Assembly: GCA_963709505.1 (NCBI GenBank)
Contig: CAVPXC010000010.1
Location: 1-64,000 of the forward strand
Length of the DNA: 64,000 nt
DNA from: an uncultured Chloroflexia bacterium
Lineage (GTDB): Bacteria; Chloroflexota; Anaerolineae; JAAEKA01
Reading direction: 5' to 3'
The notes under the pieces were generated by a model, which ran no database searches, was not told where the DNA came from, and saw nothing but the letters and a program-made list of their open reading frames with translations. Shown piece by piece: positions 39,503 through 49,105 of the stretch (positions are counted from its first letter, which is position 1; the number at the start of each line of letters is the position of its first letter). A program made the position numbers and the translations under genes.

Positions 39503-39580
39503 GGGAAGTGGCAGGTGGCAAGTGGCAGAGTTGCAGGTGTCGGAGTGTCAAGGTGTCAGGTGTCGGAGTTCTGAGGTAAT
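39497..39580. repeat. hexamer repeat block (GGCAGGTGGCAAGTGGCAG ... GGTGTCGGAG units)
   Basis: Same family as 28246-28362. Confidence 0.65.
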
Positions 39581-39622
39581 GGAAAGAAGTGGGTGAAAGG
39601 ATGGATGGGGCCTTGAGATTAG

Positions 39623-40465
39623 CTAGGGACGTGCCACGGCGTAGAGAACGTTGACGGGAAGGTGGAGGCCGTCGGCGCGGAAGAGCGGGCGCATTTTGAC
39701 CAGGTAGTCTTCCTTGAACCGCGTATGGGTTTCTTTATCCATAGCCAGGACCGTGGCGCGGGTTCCGAGGGTGAGTTGAAATGCCCACCAGTCTTCCTCG
39801 TTGGTGTAGACCGCATCAGTTATCTCGCTGGTGATTTGGACGTCATGAAAGCCATTTTGGTCGAGGAGTGCCTCAAGATTGTCCGGCGAAAGCGCGGCGC
39901 GCTGCGGCAGCCGGACTGAGAAACCATACTTCATGGCCAGGTTTCCAAAGATCGACCAGCCGGGGTCGAAGGGAGGCGGTGTGCGGCCGAAGATGGACAG
40001 ACCGATCAAGCCGCCAGGTTTGCAGACGCGCGCCATCTCGCTCAGGGCTGCGTTCTGCGCCGGGAACAAGAAAATAGCGAACGCGCAGGCCACCGCGTGG
40101 AAGCTGGCGTTGGGGAAATCCAGGTGTTCGGCATCCATCTTGCGCACCGTCACTTGGCTCAGTTTTCGTGTCGCTGCATCTGCCGCGGCCTCCTCGACCA
40201 TGGCAGCCGACAGGTCAATTCCAACCACATGCCCACCTGGCCCCACGCGATGCGCTGTGGGCAGCAGCACGGCGCCGCGGCCGGTGGCTACGTCGAGCAC
40301 GTGCGCGCCCGGCTCCGGGGCCATCAGCTCGACCAGGCGGGCACCCCAACGAGCAAAGAGACTCGGTCCGGTGCGGTCGTAGGCCGCGGCCGCACCGTCG
40401 AAGAGTTGCTCGATGCTTTGTTTGGAGGCGATGATTGGCTCAGGCATGGTTGTCTCGCAGGGCAT
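39623..40465 (-). CDS. class I SAM-dependent methyltransferase
   Basis: Motif I VLDVATGRG and a typical Rossmann MTase fold. Confidence 0.7.
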   Translation of the reverse strand: MPCETTMPEPIIASKQSIEQLFDGAAAAYDRTGPSLFARWGARLVELMAPEPGAHVLDVATGRGAVLLPTAHRVGPGGHVVGIDLSAAMVEEAAADAATRKLSQVTVRKMDAEHLDFPNASFHAVACAFAIFLFPAQNAALSEMARVCKPGGLIGLSIFGRTPPPFDPGWSIFGNLAMKYGFSVRLPQRAALSPDNLEALLDQNGFHDVQITSEITDAVYTNEEDWWAFQLTLGTRATVLAMDKETHTRFKEDYLVKMRPLFRADGLHLPVNVLYAVARP

Positions 40466-40468
40466 CGC

Positions 40469-42001
40469 TCAGTGTGCGCGCAGCAGAGTGCGCAACTCCT
40501 GGCGGCCGAACGCAAAGGCGAAGAGGGCGTAGACCAGCCCGCCCACCACGATGCCGCCGCCGGCAAGCAGCCAGGGCGAGGCATCGCCGACGAGATTCAG
40601 ATACATCACCAACGCAGCCGCCATTGCCAGCGTGGCTCCCAGGCTGCGAACCAAAGTTCCTAGCAGCCGGCGGCCACCCAGGCCGCCAAGTCGAGGACGG
40701 ATCAGCCAGAGCAGAGTCAAGGTCTCGATCGTTGTCGCCAGGGTGTTGGCAAGAGCGAGGCCGCCATAGCTCAGCGGTCGTATGAGCAGCAAGCTGAACG
40801 CCAGGTTGAGCACCATCGCGCCGATACCGATGGCGACCGGCGTCTTCGTATCGTGCAACGCGTAGAAGCCGCGCGTAACTACCTCCAGCAGGCTGTGAGC
40901 CATCAGGCCGAAGGCGAAGAAGGCGAGCGCGTAGGCGGTCATCGCGGTGGATTGGGCGGTGAATTGGCCGCGCTGGAGCAAGAGCTGGATCAACGGCACG
41001 CGCAGGAGCAGCAGACCGGCGGCGGCCGGCAAAGTTAGCCAGAGCAGCGCACGCAGGGCGCCGTTGAGTGTTGCACGCAATTGGTCGATTTGCCCGCGGG
41101 CCGACAGCGCAGAAAGGGTGGGGAAAATGGCCGTGGCGATGCCCTGCGCCACGATGCCTTGCGGCAGAAGCATCATCAGCCATCCGTAGTTCAGCGCCGA
41201 CAGGCTGCCCGGGGCCAGCCGTGAGGCCAGATTGGCACTGATCAGGAAATTGATTTGCACGGCGGCCAGGCCGAGCACGCGCGGCCCCATCAGTCGTGTG
41301 ACCTCGCGCACGTCGGGATTTGACAAGCCCAAGGTCGGGAAGTACAGTGGCTTGCGGCGCAACAGGGCCGGTACTTGCACCAGCAGATGGGCCAACGCGC
41401 CCGTGACGACGCCGATAGCCAGCCCGCGCACGCCCAGAGCCGGCACCAGGAACCAGGCCGCCAGGATAATGGCCAGGTTGTAGAGCACCGGCGCCAACGC
41501 CGGCGAGAGGAAGTGCTGAAAGCTGTTGAGGACACCCATCACGATGCCGCTGAGGCCGAAGATGATCGGCGCGAACAGCATGATGCGCATCAATTGGGCG
41601 GTCAGCACCTGCTGTTCGGGCGCGAAACCGGGCGCGATCAGCGTCTTAACCAGCGGCAAAGCCAACAACGCGGCGACAATCGCCAACACGGTCGTGACGA
41701 TCAGCAGGAGGTTGCCGACGCTGCTGGCCAACCGCCAGGCGGCGAGGTGCCGCGGATCGTCCTCGCGGATGAGCGTGGCCGAGAAGGTGGGGATAAACGC
41801 CGAGCCGAGCGCACCACCCGCCACCAGATAGAAGATCATATCGGGCAGGCGGAAGGCGGCAAGGTAAGCATCAAGAGTGCCGCTGGTGCCGAACTGCGCG
41901 CCGATCACCATCTCGCGCACCAGGCCGAGCAGCCGGCTGACGGCGAAAAGTACGGAAACGAGCCCGGCCGCACGGGCGATTTGGCGGCGAGTAGCGGTCA
42001 T
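40469..42001 (-). CDS. murJ: lipid II flippase MurJ
   Basis: MATE-like 14-TM fold with conserved N-terminus VSRLLGLVREMVIGAQFGTSGTLDAY. Internal Met used; upstream extension not conserved. Confidence 0.8.
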   Translation of the reverse strand: MTATRRQIARAAGLVSVLFAVSRLLGLVREMVIGAQFGTSGTLDAYLAAFRLPDMIFYLVAGGALGSAFIPTFSATLIREDDPRHLAAWRLASSVGNLLLIVTTVLAIVAALLALPLVKTLIAPGFAPEQQVLTAQLMRIMLFAPIIFGLSGIVMGVLNSFQHFLSPALAPVLYNLAIILAAWFLVPALGVRGLAIGVVTGALAHLLVQVPALLRRKPLYFPTLGLSNPDVREVTRLMGPRVLGLAAVQINFLISANLASRLAPGSLSALNYGWLMMLLPQGIVAQGIATAIFPTLSALSARGQIDQLRATLNGALRALLWLTLPAAAGLLLLRVPLIQLLLQRGQFTAQSTAMTAYALAFFAFGLMAHSLLEVVTRGFYALHDTKTPVAIGIGAMVLNLAFSLLLIRPLSYGGLALANTLATTIETLTLLWLIRPRLGGLGGRRLLGTLVRSLGATLAMAAALVMYLNLVGDASPWLLAGGGIVVGGLVYALFAFAFGRQELRTLLRAH

Positions 42002-42058
42002 GAGATCAGGATTATAGCGTACGAGAACACTCGCGGGCAAGCTGCGAAGTGAACCGGG

Positions 42059-42139
42059 GTGTATTTCAAGTTGGGGGCAGACCCTTCGGGTTTTCCGCAA
42101 ACCCGAAGGGTCTGCCCCCAACTTGAAATACACCCCCTG
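42059..42139. repeat. ~80-bp perfect palindrome (37-bp stem) in the murJ / peptidase divergent intergenic region
   Basis: ggggtgtatttcaagttgggggcagacccttcgggttttccgcaaacccgaagggtctgcccccaacttgaaatacaccccc; the motif ACCCGAAGGGTCTGC also appears at 3889-3905 with its inverse at 3809-3823. Confidence 0.8.
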
Positions 42140-42189
42140 AACCGGTCGGGTCTGCCGGCGGTGATGGTTGATGAGATGGGATTCCACAC

Positions 42190-43842
42190 ATGTATTCTGA
42201 AGGAGCGTTTGCGATGAAAATAGTGGTGCGACTGCTGTTCGTTGTGTCAATCGCCATGTTGGCAGCCTGTCAGCCGCCGTCGGCGCAGCCGGCTGCGCCG
42301 ACGGTCACGCCGACAATCGCGCCGACGGTAGTACCGTCAACTGCTGTCGCGGAGACGCTGACTTTGCCCCTCTCCACGGCCACCGTGGCGACTCCCACCG
42401 AGTCGCCCACAACTGCTCCCACGGTCGAGGATGCTGTTCAGGGCTTGCCGGCTCCCACCCTGTTCGACGTGGCTTGGGAGGATCGGTCGCTATTTCGCAG
42501 TGGGTTGATCTCAGGCGAGCAAACGGTGCTCGACGCCCCATCTGGTGAAAGCGTCTATCACATCGATTTGCGTATCGCCGACGACCAGACCAGTGTTCAG
42601 GGCAAACAGGAAGTGCTTTATACCAACCGTGAGGCCGCGCCGCTTGCCGAGGTCGTTTTCCGATTGTTCCCCAACCTGACCGGTGGCTCGATGGCCGTCT
42701 CTGATTTGACGGTTAACGGACAACCAGCGGAAGCGCGCTATGAGCAGAGAGACAGCGCGATGATCGTGTCGCTGCCGGAGCCGCTGGCGCCCGGCCAGCA
42801 GGCCGTCTTCGCGATGGACTTCGACGTCACTGTGCCGACCGACGAGAGCAGCAACTACGGCACCTTCTCCTATCTGCGCGACGTGCTGGCCCTGGCCCAC
42901 TTCTACCCAATGATTGCGGTTTACGATTATCAAGGCTGGAACGACGAGATTGCCCCACAGGAGGGCGACATAATCTACAACGATGCGAGCCTCTATCTGG
43001 TGCGGGTGAACGCTCCGGAGAAGCTAGCGATCGTCAGCTCTGGGGTGACTTTAGACCGGCAAGAGCAGAACGGCCGGCAGGTGTTGACAGCCGCTGCAGG
43101 TCCGGCCCGCGATTTCTACCTTGCGGCCAGCGACGGGTATGAGGTTGCCAGCCAGAAGGTGGGCGAGACGACGATCCATAGTTACGCGCCGGCGACCCTG
43201 CGAAGCGGCGCCCGCAAGGTGCTCGAGACCGCCGGGAAGGCATTACAGGATTTCGAGGCTCGTTTTGGGCCTTATCCGTACACTGAATTGGATTTCGTCA
43301 GCACGGGCACCAATGCGCTGGGGGTGGAATATCCGGGGATCATCGCGATCACGGATAGAGCTTACAAAGGCGAATACGGACGCTTCTTGGAGTCGACGGT
43401 AGCACATGAGGTGGCCCATCAATGGTTCTACAACGAAGTAGGCAACGACCAGATCGACGAGCCGTGGCTGGACGAAGCGCTTGCTCAATATGCGACCCTG
43501 CTCTACTTCCAGGACGAGTACGGCCTGGCCGGTGCGGACGGCTATCGCCAGGCGCTAGAGGACCGGTGGAACCGGGCCGACCGGGTAGAAATCCCAATCG
43601 GCATGCCTGTCGCCAAATACACTGACGGGAGCTACGGCGCCATCGTCTACGGTCGCGGGCCGCTGTTCTTCGAGGCACTGGAGGAGAAGATGGGCAAACA
43701 GTCCTTCGAAGCGTTCCTGCGCGACTACGTCGAAGCTAACCGATGGGGCATCGCCACGACCGAGGGTTTGCGCGCGCTGGCCGAGCAGCACTGCGGCTGT
43801 GATTTGGCTTCGTTGTTTAGCAAATGGGTGTATGCCGAGTAG
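42190..43842 (+). CDS. secreted/lipoprotein gluzincin metallopeptidase (M1-like, HEXXH-X18-E)
   Basis: Signal/lipobox (LAACQ), HEVAHQWFYNEVGNDQIDEPWLDEALAQY zinc-binding motif. Confidence 0.6.
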   Translation: MYSEGAFAMKIVVRLLFVVSIAMLAACQPPSAQPAAPTVTPTIAPTVVPSTAVAETLTLPLSTATVATPTESPTTAPTVEDAVQGLPAPTLFDVAWEDRSLFRSGLISGEQTVLDAPSGESVYHIDLRIADDQTSVQGKQEVLYTNREAAPLAEVVFRLFPNLTGGSMAVSDLTVNGQPAEARYEQRDSAMIVSLPEPLAPGQQAVFAMDFDVTVPTDESSNYGTFSYLRDVLALAHFYPMIAVYDYQGWNDEIAPQEGDIIYNDASLYLVRVNAPEKLAIVSSGVTLDRQEQNGRQVLTAAAGPARDFYLAASDGYEVASQKVGETTIHSYAPATLRSGARKVLETAGKALQDFEARFGPYPYTELDFVSTGTNALGVEYPGIIAITDRAYKGEYGRFLESTVAHEVAHQWFYNEVGNDQIDEPWLDEALAQYATLLYFQDEYGLAGADGYRQALEDRWNRADRVEIPIGMPVAKYTDGSYGAIVYGRGPLFFEALEEKMGKQSFEAFLRDYVEANRWGIATTEGLRALAEQHCGCDLASLFSKWVYAE

Positions 43843-43976
43843 GGCGCTTTCCTGCCAAGACCGCTTGCAGATAGACGGCACAAGCGTATAATGGAGTCAC
43901 GGTAGCGGTGGAGGAGATTGGCCGAGATAGTTGTCGTATGATCGCAAGTAGTTCGCACTAAGGAGAAGGCTTTACG

Positions 43977-44864
43977 ATGTTGAAACTCATTTCGCCGGAG
44001 TTCCTCTTACCTGGGGTGGAGCTTCCGCTCATCGAATTACCGACGGAGGACGGTATTCCCTTGGAAACTAACTGGCACCGCATGCAGATGAACCTGCTCA
44101 TTGAGTCCGTTCACTATCACTGGCGGGAGCGCGAGGATTACTTTACCGGCGGCAATATGTTCATTTACTTTAGCGTTGAACAGGTACGCAACCGCGACTA
44201 TCGCGGGCCGGACTTTTTCGTTGTCAAGGGTGTGGACAGTAGTCACGACCGGGCGGCATGGATCGTGTGGGAGGAATACGGCAAGTATCCGAATGTGATC
44301 GTCGAACTCTCCTCACCCTCCACGATCGACGTCGATCTTGGCACGAAGAAGGACTTGTATGAGCGGACATTCCGCACACCTGAGTACTTCTGCTTCGACC
44401 CAACAGCAGAGGAGCTGATTGGCTGGCGATTCACTTCGGGCCATTACGAGCCGATTAATCCAAATGAACAGGGATGGCTCTGGAGCGAAGAGATGGATCT
44501 GTGGCTGGGTGTTTGGCAGGGTGAGTTCCAGCGCACCGATGCAGTTTGGCTGCGCTTCTACACTGCTGAGGGACACCCGGTGCTAATATCGGCTGAGGCC
44601 GAAGCACAGCGCGCCGAGGCGGAAGCACAGCGCGCCGAGGCGGAAGCACAGCGCGCCGAGGCGGAAGCACGCCAAGTCGAACTGGAAGCGCAGCGTGCCG
44701 ACGCGGAAGCGCAACGTGCCAATGCGGAAGCCGAGCGTGCTAACGCGGCCGCGCGACGTGCCCAAGAAGAAACTCAGCGCGCCAATGTAGCCGAGGCCGA
44801 AGTGGTTCGCTTACGCGCTCGCCTCTTTAGTCTAGGCATTGCCCTTGACGATACGTCGAGCTGA
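43977..44864 (+). CDS. Uma2-family (DUF820, PD-(D/E)xK-like) endonuclease with C-terminal (AEAQR)n coiled-coil tail
   Basis: Uma2 core (residues 1-200) followed by 7-8 AEAEAQR repeats. Confidence 0.65.
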   Translation: MLKLISPEFLLPGVELPLIELPTEDGIPLETNWHRMQMNLLIESVHYHWREREDYFTGGNMFIYFSVEQVRNRDYRGPDFFVVKGVDSSHDRAAWIVWEEYGKYPNVIVELSSPSTIDVDLGTKKDLYERTFRTPEYFCFDPTAEELIGWRFTSGHYEPINPNEQGWLWSEEMDLWLGVWQGEFQRTDAVWLRFYTAEGHPVLISAEAEAQRAEAEAQRAEAEAQRAEAEARQVELEAQRADAEAQRANAEAERANAAARRAQEETQRANVAEAEVVRLRARLFSLGIALDDTSS

Positions 44865-44906
44865 CTGCGATTGCGTCCTGGCGCCTGCGTTAAGAGCGAG
44901 CTAGCG

Positions 44907-45917
44907 TTATACGAGCAGGCAAGCCGTCTGCTGCCTATCGCCGACTAGGTGAAGTGCCGGGTCTTGCTGGCGGCAAATGGCCTGCGCCACTGGACAGCGA
45001 GGATGAAAACGGCAACCTGGCGGCAGGTCGACGGGGTTAGGTGGATCGCCCTGCAGGATGATGCGCTCGTGGCGCAGGCGGGGGTTTGGCACGGGGATAA
45101 CCGAAAGCAGCGCCTTGGTGTAGGGATGGGTGGGATGCGTCAGCACCTGCCGCGTCGGACCGATCTCCACGATGCGGCCCAAGTACATCACGGCCACCCG
45201 GTCGGTGAAGTGCGCGGCTGTGGCCAGGTCGTGGGTGATGAAGACAATTGAGATACTGCGGTTTGCACGCAACTCGGCCAAGAGGCTGAGGATCTCCGCC
45301 CGGATGCTGACGTCGAGCATGGACACCGGCTCATCAGCCAATAGAAGGACTGGCTCGAGCACCAGCGCGCCGGCAATCACCACTCGCTGGCGTTGCCCGC
45401 CCGATAGCTCGTGTGGGTACCGGTTGAGATAGATATCGGCCGGCTTGAGGCCGGCATCCTCCAGAGCGCGCCGCACGCGGCCGGCTCGCTCCTGTTTGTC
45501 GGTTGCCAACCCGTGCACCTGCAGCGGCTCGGCGATGGTCTCCCCGATGCTCATCAGCGGGTTCAACAACTCGTAGGGGTCTTGAAACACCATCTGAATG
45601 CGCCGCCGCAGCTGCTTCAGATTCTTCCCCGTCAGGTTCGTCACATCGCGGCCTTCGAAGACGACATGTCCGGAAGTGGGCGACTCCAGCCCCATCAGCG
45701 TTAACGCAAGGGTAGACTTGCCGCAGCCGCTCTCGCCCACCAGCGCCAGCACCTCGCCGCGGCCCAGGTCGAAGCTGACGTCATCCACGGCGTGCACGAA
45801 GCGCTGTGGGGATCGACCGATCCCCGATCGCTTGACCGGGAACAGCTTGCGGAGAGCTTGGACTTGCAGGATGGGAGTGTCGCTCATGGGCCGGTGATGG
45901 GCTGGAGCAAGTGGCAA
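44907..45917 (-). CDS. oligopeptide/dipeptide ABC transporter ATP-binding protein (OppF/DppF-like)
   Basis: Walker A GESGCGKST, signature LSGGQRQR, C-terminal oligopeptide ABC C-domain. Confidence 0.85.
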   Translation of the reverse strand: MPLAPAHHRPMSDTPILQVQALRKLFPVKRSGIGRSPQRFVHAVDDVSFDLGRGEVLALVGESGCGKSTLALTLMGLESPTSGHVVFEGRDVTNLTGKNLKQLRRRIQMVFQDPYELLNPLMSIGETIAEPLQVHGLATDKQERAGRVRRALEDAGLKPADIYLNRYPHELSGGQRQRVVIAGALVLEPVLLLADEPVSMLDVSIRAEILSLLAELRANRSISIVFITHDLATAAHFTDRVAVMYLGRIVEIGPTRQVLTHPTHPYTKALLSVIPVPNPRLRHERIILQGDPPNPVDLPPGCRFHPRCPVAQAICRQQDPALHLVGDRQQTACLLV

Positions 45918-46897
45918 CTCGCCCAGTGTAAGGCATCAAGCTGGAGAAGTGCCGGCGCCTGGACAAAACAACGCTCCAAAGCAACCGAACAGCGAGGGGC
46001 GAATCGACAGCCGGGCGGCAGCGCGTCCAGGCGAGGTGGATACCCAGGGATCGCCGTCAGTTTGTCATCGGGCTTAGTCAGGTCGGGAAAGGCGTTCAGC
46101 AGCCGCTGGGTGTAGGGATGTTTCGCGTCGTTGAAGATGGTGTCCACGGAGGCGTACTCGGCCGTTACGCCGCCGTACATCACCAACACCGTGTCGCATA
46201 CCTCGGCTACCACGCCCAGATCGTGGGTCACCAGGATCACCGACAGTCCGAGTTGATGGCGCAGATCATCGAGCAGCACCAGGATTTGCGCCTGGATCAT
46301 CACGTCGAGCGCGGTGGTCGGCTCATCGGCGATGACTACCTGTGGGTTGCAGGCGAGGGCCATGGCGATCATCGCCCGTTGGCGCATGCCGCCGGAATAT
46401 TGGTGCGGATACTGGTCCCTGCGGTTTACGCCGATGCCCACCAACTCCAGCAACTCGCCGACTCTGGGTGCGGCCGCCTTCTTGTTGCCGGCAATGTTGT
46501 GCCGCACCAGCGCCTCTGCTATCTGGTCGCCCACCGTACGCACGGGATTGAGAGCATTCATGGCGCCCTGGAAGACGATCGACAGGTCCTTCCAGCGCAC
46601 GGCCGTCATCTCCTTTTCTGTCAGTGACAGCAGATCACGGCCCTGGAAGAGTATCTGGCCGGCAACAACCCGGCCGGCTTCAGGCAGCAGGCGCATCAGG
46701 CTGAGCATCAACGTGGTTTTGCCGCAGCCGCTCTCACCTACCAGCCCGAGCATCTCGCCTTTGCGCAGCACGAAGCTGACTGCGTCCACAGCCCGGGCTG
46801 GCGGCTGGCCTTTGCTCATAAATTCCACCGTCACGCCCTTGACCTCCAACAACACGGGTGTAGCGGACAGGGGATTGTCTAACTGTTGATCGATCAC
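45884..46897 (-). CDS. oligopeptide/dipeptide ABC transporter ATP-binding protein (OppD/DppD-like)
   Basis: Walker A GESGCGKTT, signature YSGGMRQR. Confidence 0.85.
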   Translation of the reverse strand: MIDQQLDNPLSATPVLLEVKGVTVEFMSKGQPPARAVDAVSFVLRKGEMLGLVGESGCGKTTLMLSLMRLLPEAGRVVAGQILFQGRDLLSLTEKEMTAVRWKDLSIVFQGAMNALNPVRTVGDQIAEALVRHNIAGNKKAAAPRVGELLELVGIGVNRRDQYPHQYSGGMRQRAMIAMALACNPQVVIADEPTTALDVMIQAQILVLLDDLRHQLGLSVILVTHDLGVVAEVCDTVLVMYGGVTAEYASVDTIFNDAKHPYTQRLLNAFPDLTKPDDKLTAIPGYPPRLDALPPGCRFAPRCSVALERCFVQAPALLQLDALHWASCHLLQPITGP

Positions 46898-46902
46898 CTT
46901 TC

Positions 46903-46990
46903 CTCCAGGGCGGGTGCAAGACCCGCCCCTACGGGTTGGTTGCGTGTGAAACGGGATCCTTCGGGCGGGTGCAAGACCCGCCCCTACGCA
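46903..46990. repeat. two direct REP units (GGGCGGGTGCAAGACCCGCCCCTAC)
   Basis: Between oppD and oppC; same family as 5097, 5399 and 11597. Confidence 0.7.
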
Positions 46991-46996
46991 TGCAGG

Positions 46997-47962
46997 TTAG
47001 AACACCTGCCATTCCTCGCGTTCAGAGTCGGCCACGGCGGTGCCGCGGACTCCCGGATGGGTCACCACCTTCTTACCCACGACCAGGTGATGGCTCTCCA
47101 GCCGTGGATTCAGAACACGCTCCAGGCCATGTCCCAGCAAGGTACAACCAAGAACCACCCAGACGATGCCGAAGCCCGGCGGGACCAGCGCCCACCAGGC
47201 GCCTGCGCTCATGGCCCCGCGTGTGAAGGCAAAGTTGAGCATCTGCCCCCAGCTCAGGGTGGTGGGATCGCCCAGCCCCAGAAAACTCAGCGTGCTCTCG
47301 TTGAGGATTGCCAGAGAGATCACTAACACCGTGTTTGCCACCATCAGCGGCAGCACCAGGGGCAAGATGTGGCGGCGGACGATGGCGCCGTTGCTTGCGC
47401 CGATGGCTCGAGCCCGCAGCACGAACTTGCGCTCCTTGACCGAGAGCGTCTGAGAGCGCACCAGGCGAGCCGTGCCGGTCCAGCCGAGAATTCCGATGAC
47501 GAAAATGATGTTGAGCAGGCTCGGCCGGGTCAAGGCTACCAGCACCACAGCCAACGGCAGGTCGGGGATCACCAACATGACGTCGGTGAAGCGCATCAGG
47601 CCGGTTTCCGTCTTGCCGCCTCGGAAGCCGGCCGTAATGCCGATCAGCCCGCCGATGGCTACTGAGATGAACGCAGCGAAGAAGCCGACGGTCAGAGACA
47701 CCCGCGAGCCGTAGATGAAGTTTGATAACACGTCTTTGCCCGCGTCGTCGGTGCCCAGGAGATGCTCGCGGCTCGGTGGGGCGTAGATGTCGTCGATTGT
47801 GACTTTGACGGGGGCCTTCGGGTTATACGGCGCCAGCTCCGGCGCAAAGACGGCCATGCCGATCGCCAGTAGTAGCATGGCCAGCCCGATCACGCCCATG
47901 CGGCTGCGCCGGAAGCTGCGCCAAAAGCCACGGAAGTTGGTTACTTCAAGCTGAGGTGTCAT
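46997..47962 (-). CDS. peptide ABC transporter permease (OppC/DppC-like)
   Basis: Six TM helices, EAA-like loop. Confidence 0.8.
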   Translation of the reverse strand: MTPQLEVTNFRGFWRSFRRSRMGVIGLAMLLLAIGMAVFAPELAPYNPKAPVKVTIDDIYAPPSREHLLGTDDAGKDVLSNFIYGSRVSLTVGFFAAFISVAIGGLIGITAGFRGGKTETGLMRFTDVMLVIPDLPLAVVLVALTRPSLLNIIFVIGILGWTGTARLVRSQTLSVKERKFVLRARAIGASNGAIVRRHILPLVLPLMVANTVLVISLAILNESTLSFLGLGDPTTLSWGQMLNFAFTRGAMSAGAWWALVPPGFGIVWVVLGCTLLGHGLERVLNPRLESHHLVVGKKVVTHPGVRGTAVADSEREEWQVF

Positions 47963-48059
47963 AGTGGTCGATGGGCACGGTCGGTCCCTCTGCCCGCTCC
48001 GGGGTGCTCCGCAAGGAGGCTGCGCACAGACCGGCCCGAGCGAAGTCTAAGGTCGTACT

Positions 48060-49091
48060 CTATCCAGCCCTCACGCGAGGGTCGAGATACGAGTACAGCA
48101 GGTCGGCGACGAGGTTGGCGAAGATCACGCTGACCGCGATGATCAAGAACGCGCCCTGCAACACCGGGTAATCGCGCCGGCCTACGGCCTCGTAGATGGT
48201 CAGCCCGAGGCCGGGCCACGAGAACACGGTCTCGATCTGGATCGCGCCGGCCACGGTGAAGCCCAGGTTCAGGGCGATGATGGTGACCATTGGAAGCATC
48301 GAGTTGCGCAGCGCGTGGTCCTTGAGCACCTGAAAGGTGCTCAGCCCTTTGGCCTTGGCCGTGAGGATGTAGTCCTCAGAGAGCACATCCACCATCGTGC
48401 TGCGCATGATCAGCATATATTCGCCCACGAAGACGATCGTGAAGGTTAAGGTAGGCAGGATCATGTGCCGGAGCAGATCGACGAGCTGATCCCATGGCGA
48501 GGCGAAGGAGGCGCCCGGCGTCGTCATGCCGCCGATGGGCAGGCCCAGCCGCCGGCTGCCCAGGAACAGCAAGATGATGCCCAGCCAGAAGGTGGGCAGG
48601 CTCCATGCGACGAGGCTGCCGACCAAGGCACCGTAGTCGACCGGGCGACGCACCTTCCAGGCCGCGATCACGCCCAGGCTGATGCCGATGACGATCGCCA
48701 GGATCTGGCCAACGCCGACGAGCAACAGGGTGTTCCACAGCCGCTCCAACAGCAGGTCGATCACTGGCCGGTTGCTGTGGTAGCTGATGCCTAGCTCGCC
48801 GCGCGACAGGTTCCTGGCGTAGATGAAGAACTGGGTCTGAAAAGGGTTGACCCGGCAATCGCCCAGCTTGATCGGGTTGAGGGATTCGAAGCAGTTGACG
48901 ACCGGTTTGTCTAAGCCGAAGCGCTCCCGGATCGCCTGCTGCGCCTGCAGGGTCATGCGCGGGTCGCGTATCCCGGCCCGCGCCGGGTCGCCTGGCAGCA
49001 CCCTGAATAGGAAGAAGTTTAGGACGACGACGAATAGGACCGTCAGGATCGCCCAGCCGATTTTGGTCAGGAGATATCTTGAGCCAGACAT
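48060..49091 (-). CDS. peptide ABC transporter permease (OppB/DppB-like)
   Basis: Conserved N-terminus MSGSRYLLTKIGWAILTVLFVVVLNFFLFRVLPGDP. Confidence 0.8.
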   Translation of the reverse strand: MSGSRYLLTKIGWAILTVLFVVVLNFFLFRVLPGDPARAGIRDPRMTLQAQQAIRERFGLDKPVVNCFESLNPIKLGDCRVNPFQTQFFIYARNLSRGELGISYHSNRPVIDLLLERLWNTLLLVGVGQILAIVIGISLGVIAAWKVRRPVDYGALVGSLVAWSLPTFWLGIILLFLGSRRLGLPIGGMTTPGASFASPWDQLVDLLRHMILPTLTFTIVFVGEYMLIMRSTMVDVLSEDYILTAKAKGLSTFQVLKDHALRNSMLPMVTIIALNLGFTVAGAIQIETVFSWPGLGLTIYEAVGRRDYPVLQGAFLIIAVSVIFANLVADLLYSYLDPRVRAG

Positions 49092-49105
49092 GACTCGATG
49101 GACGC

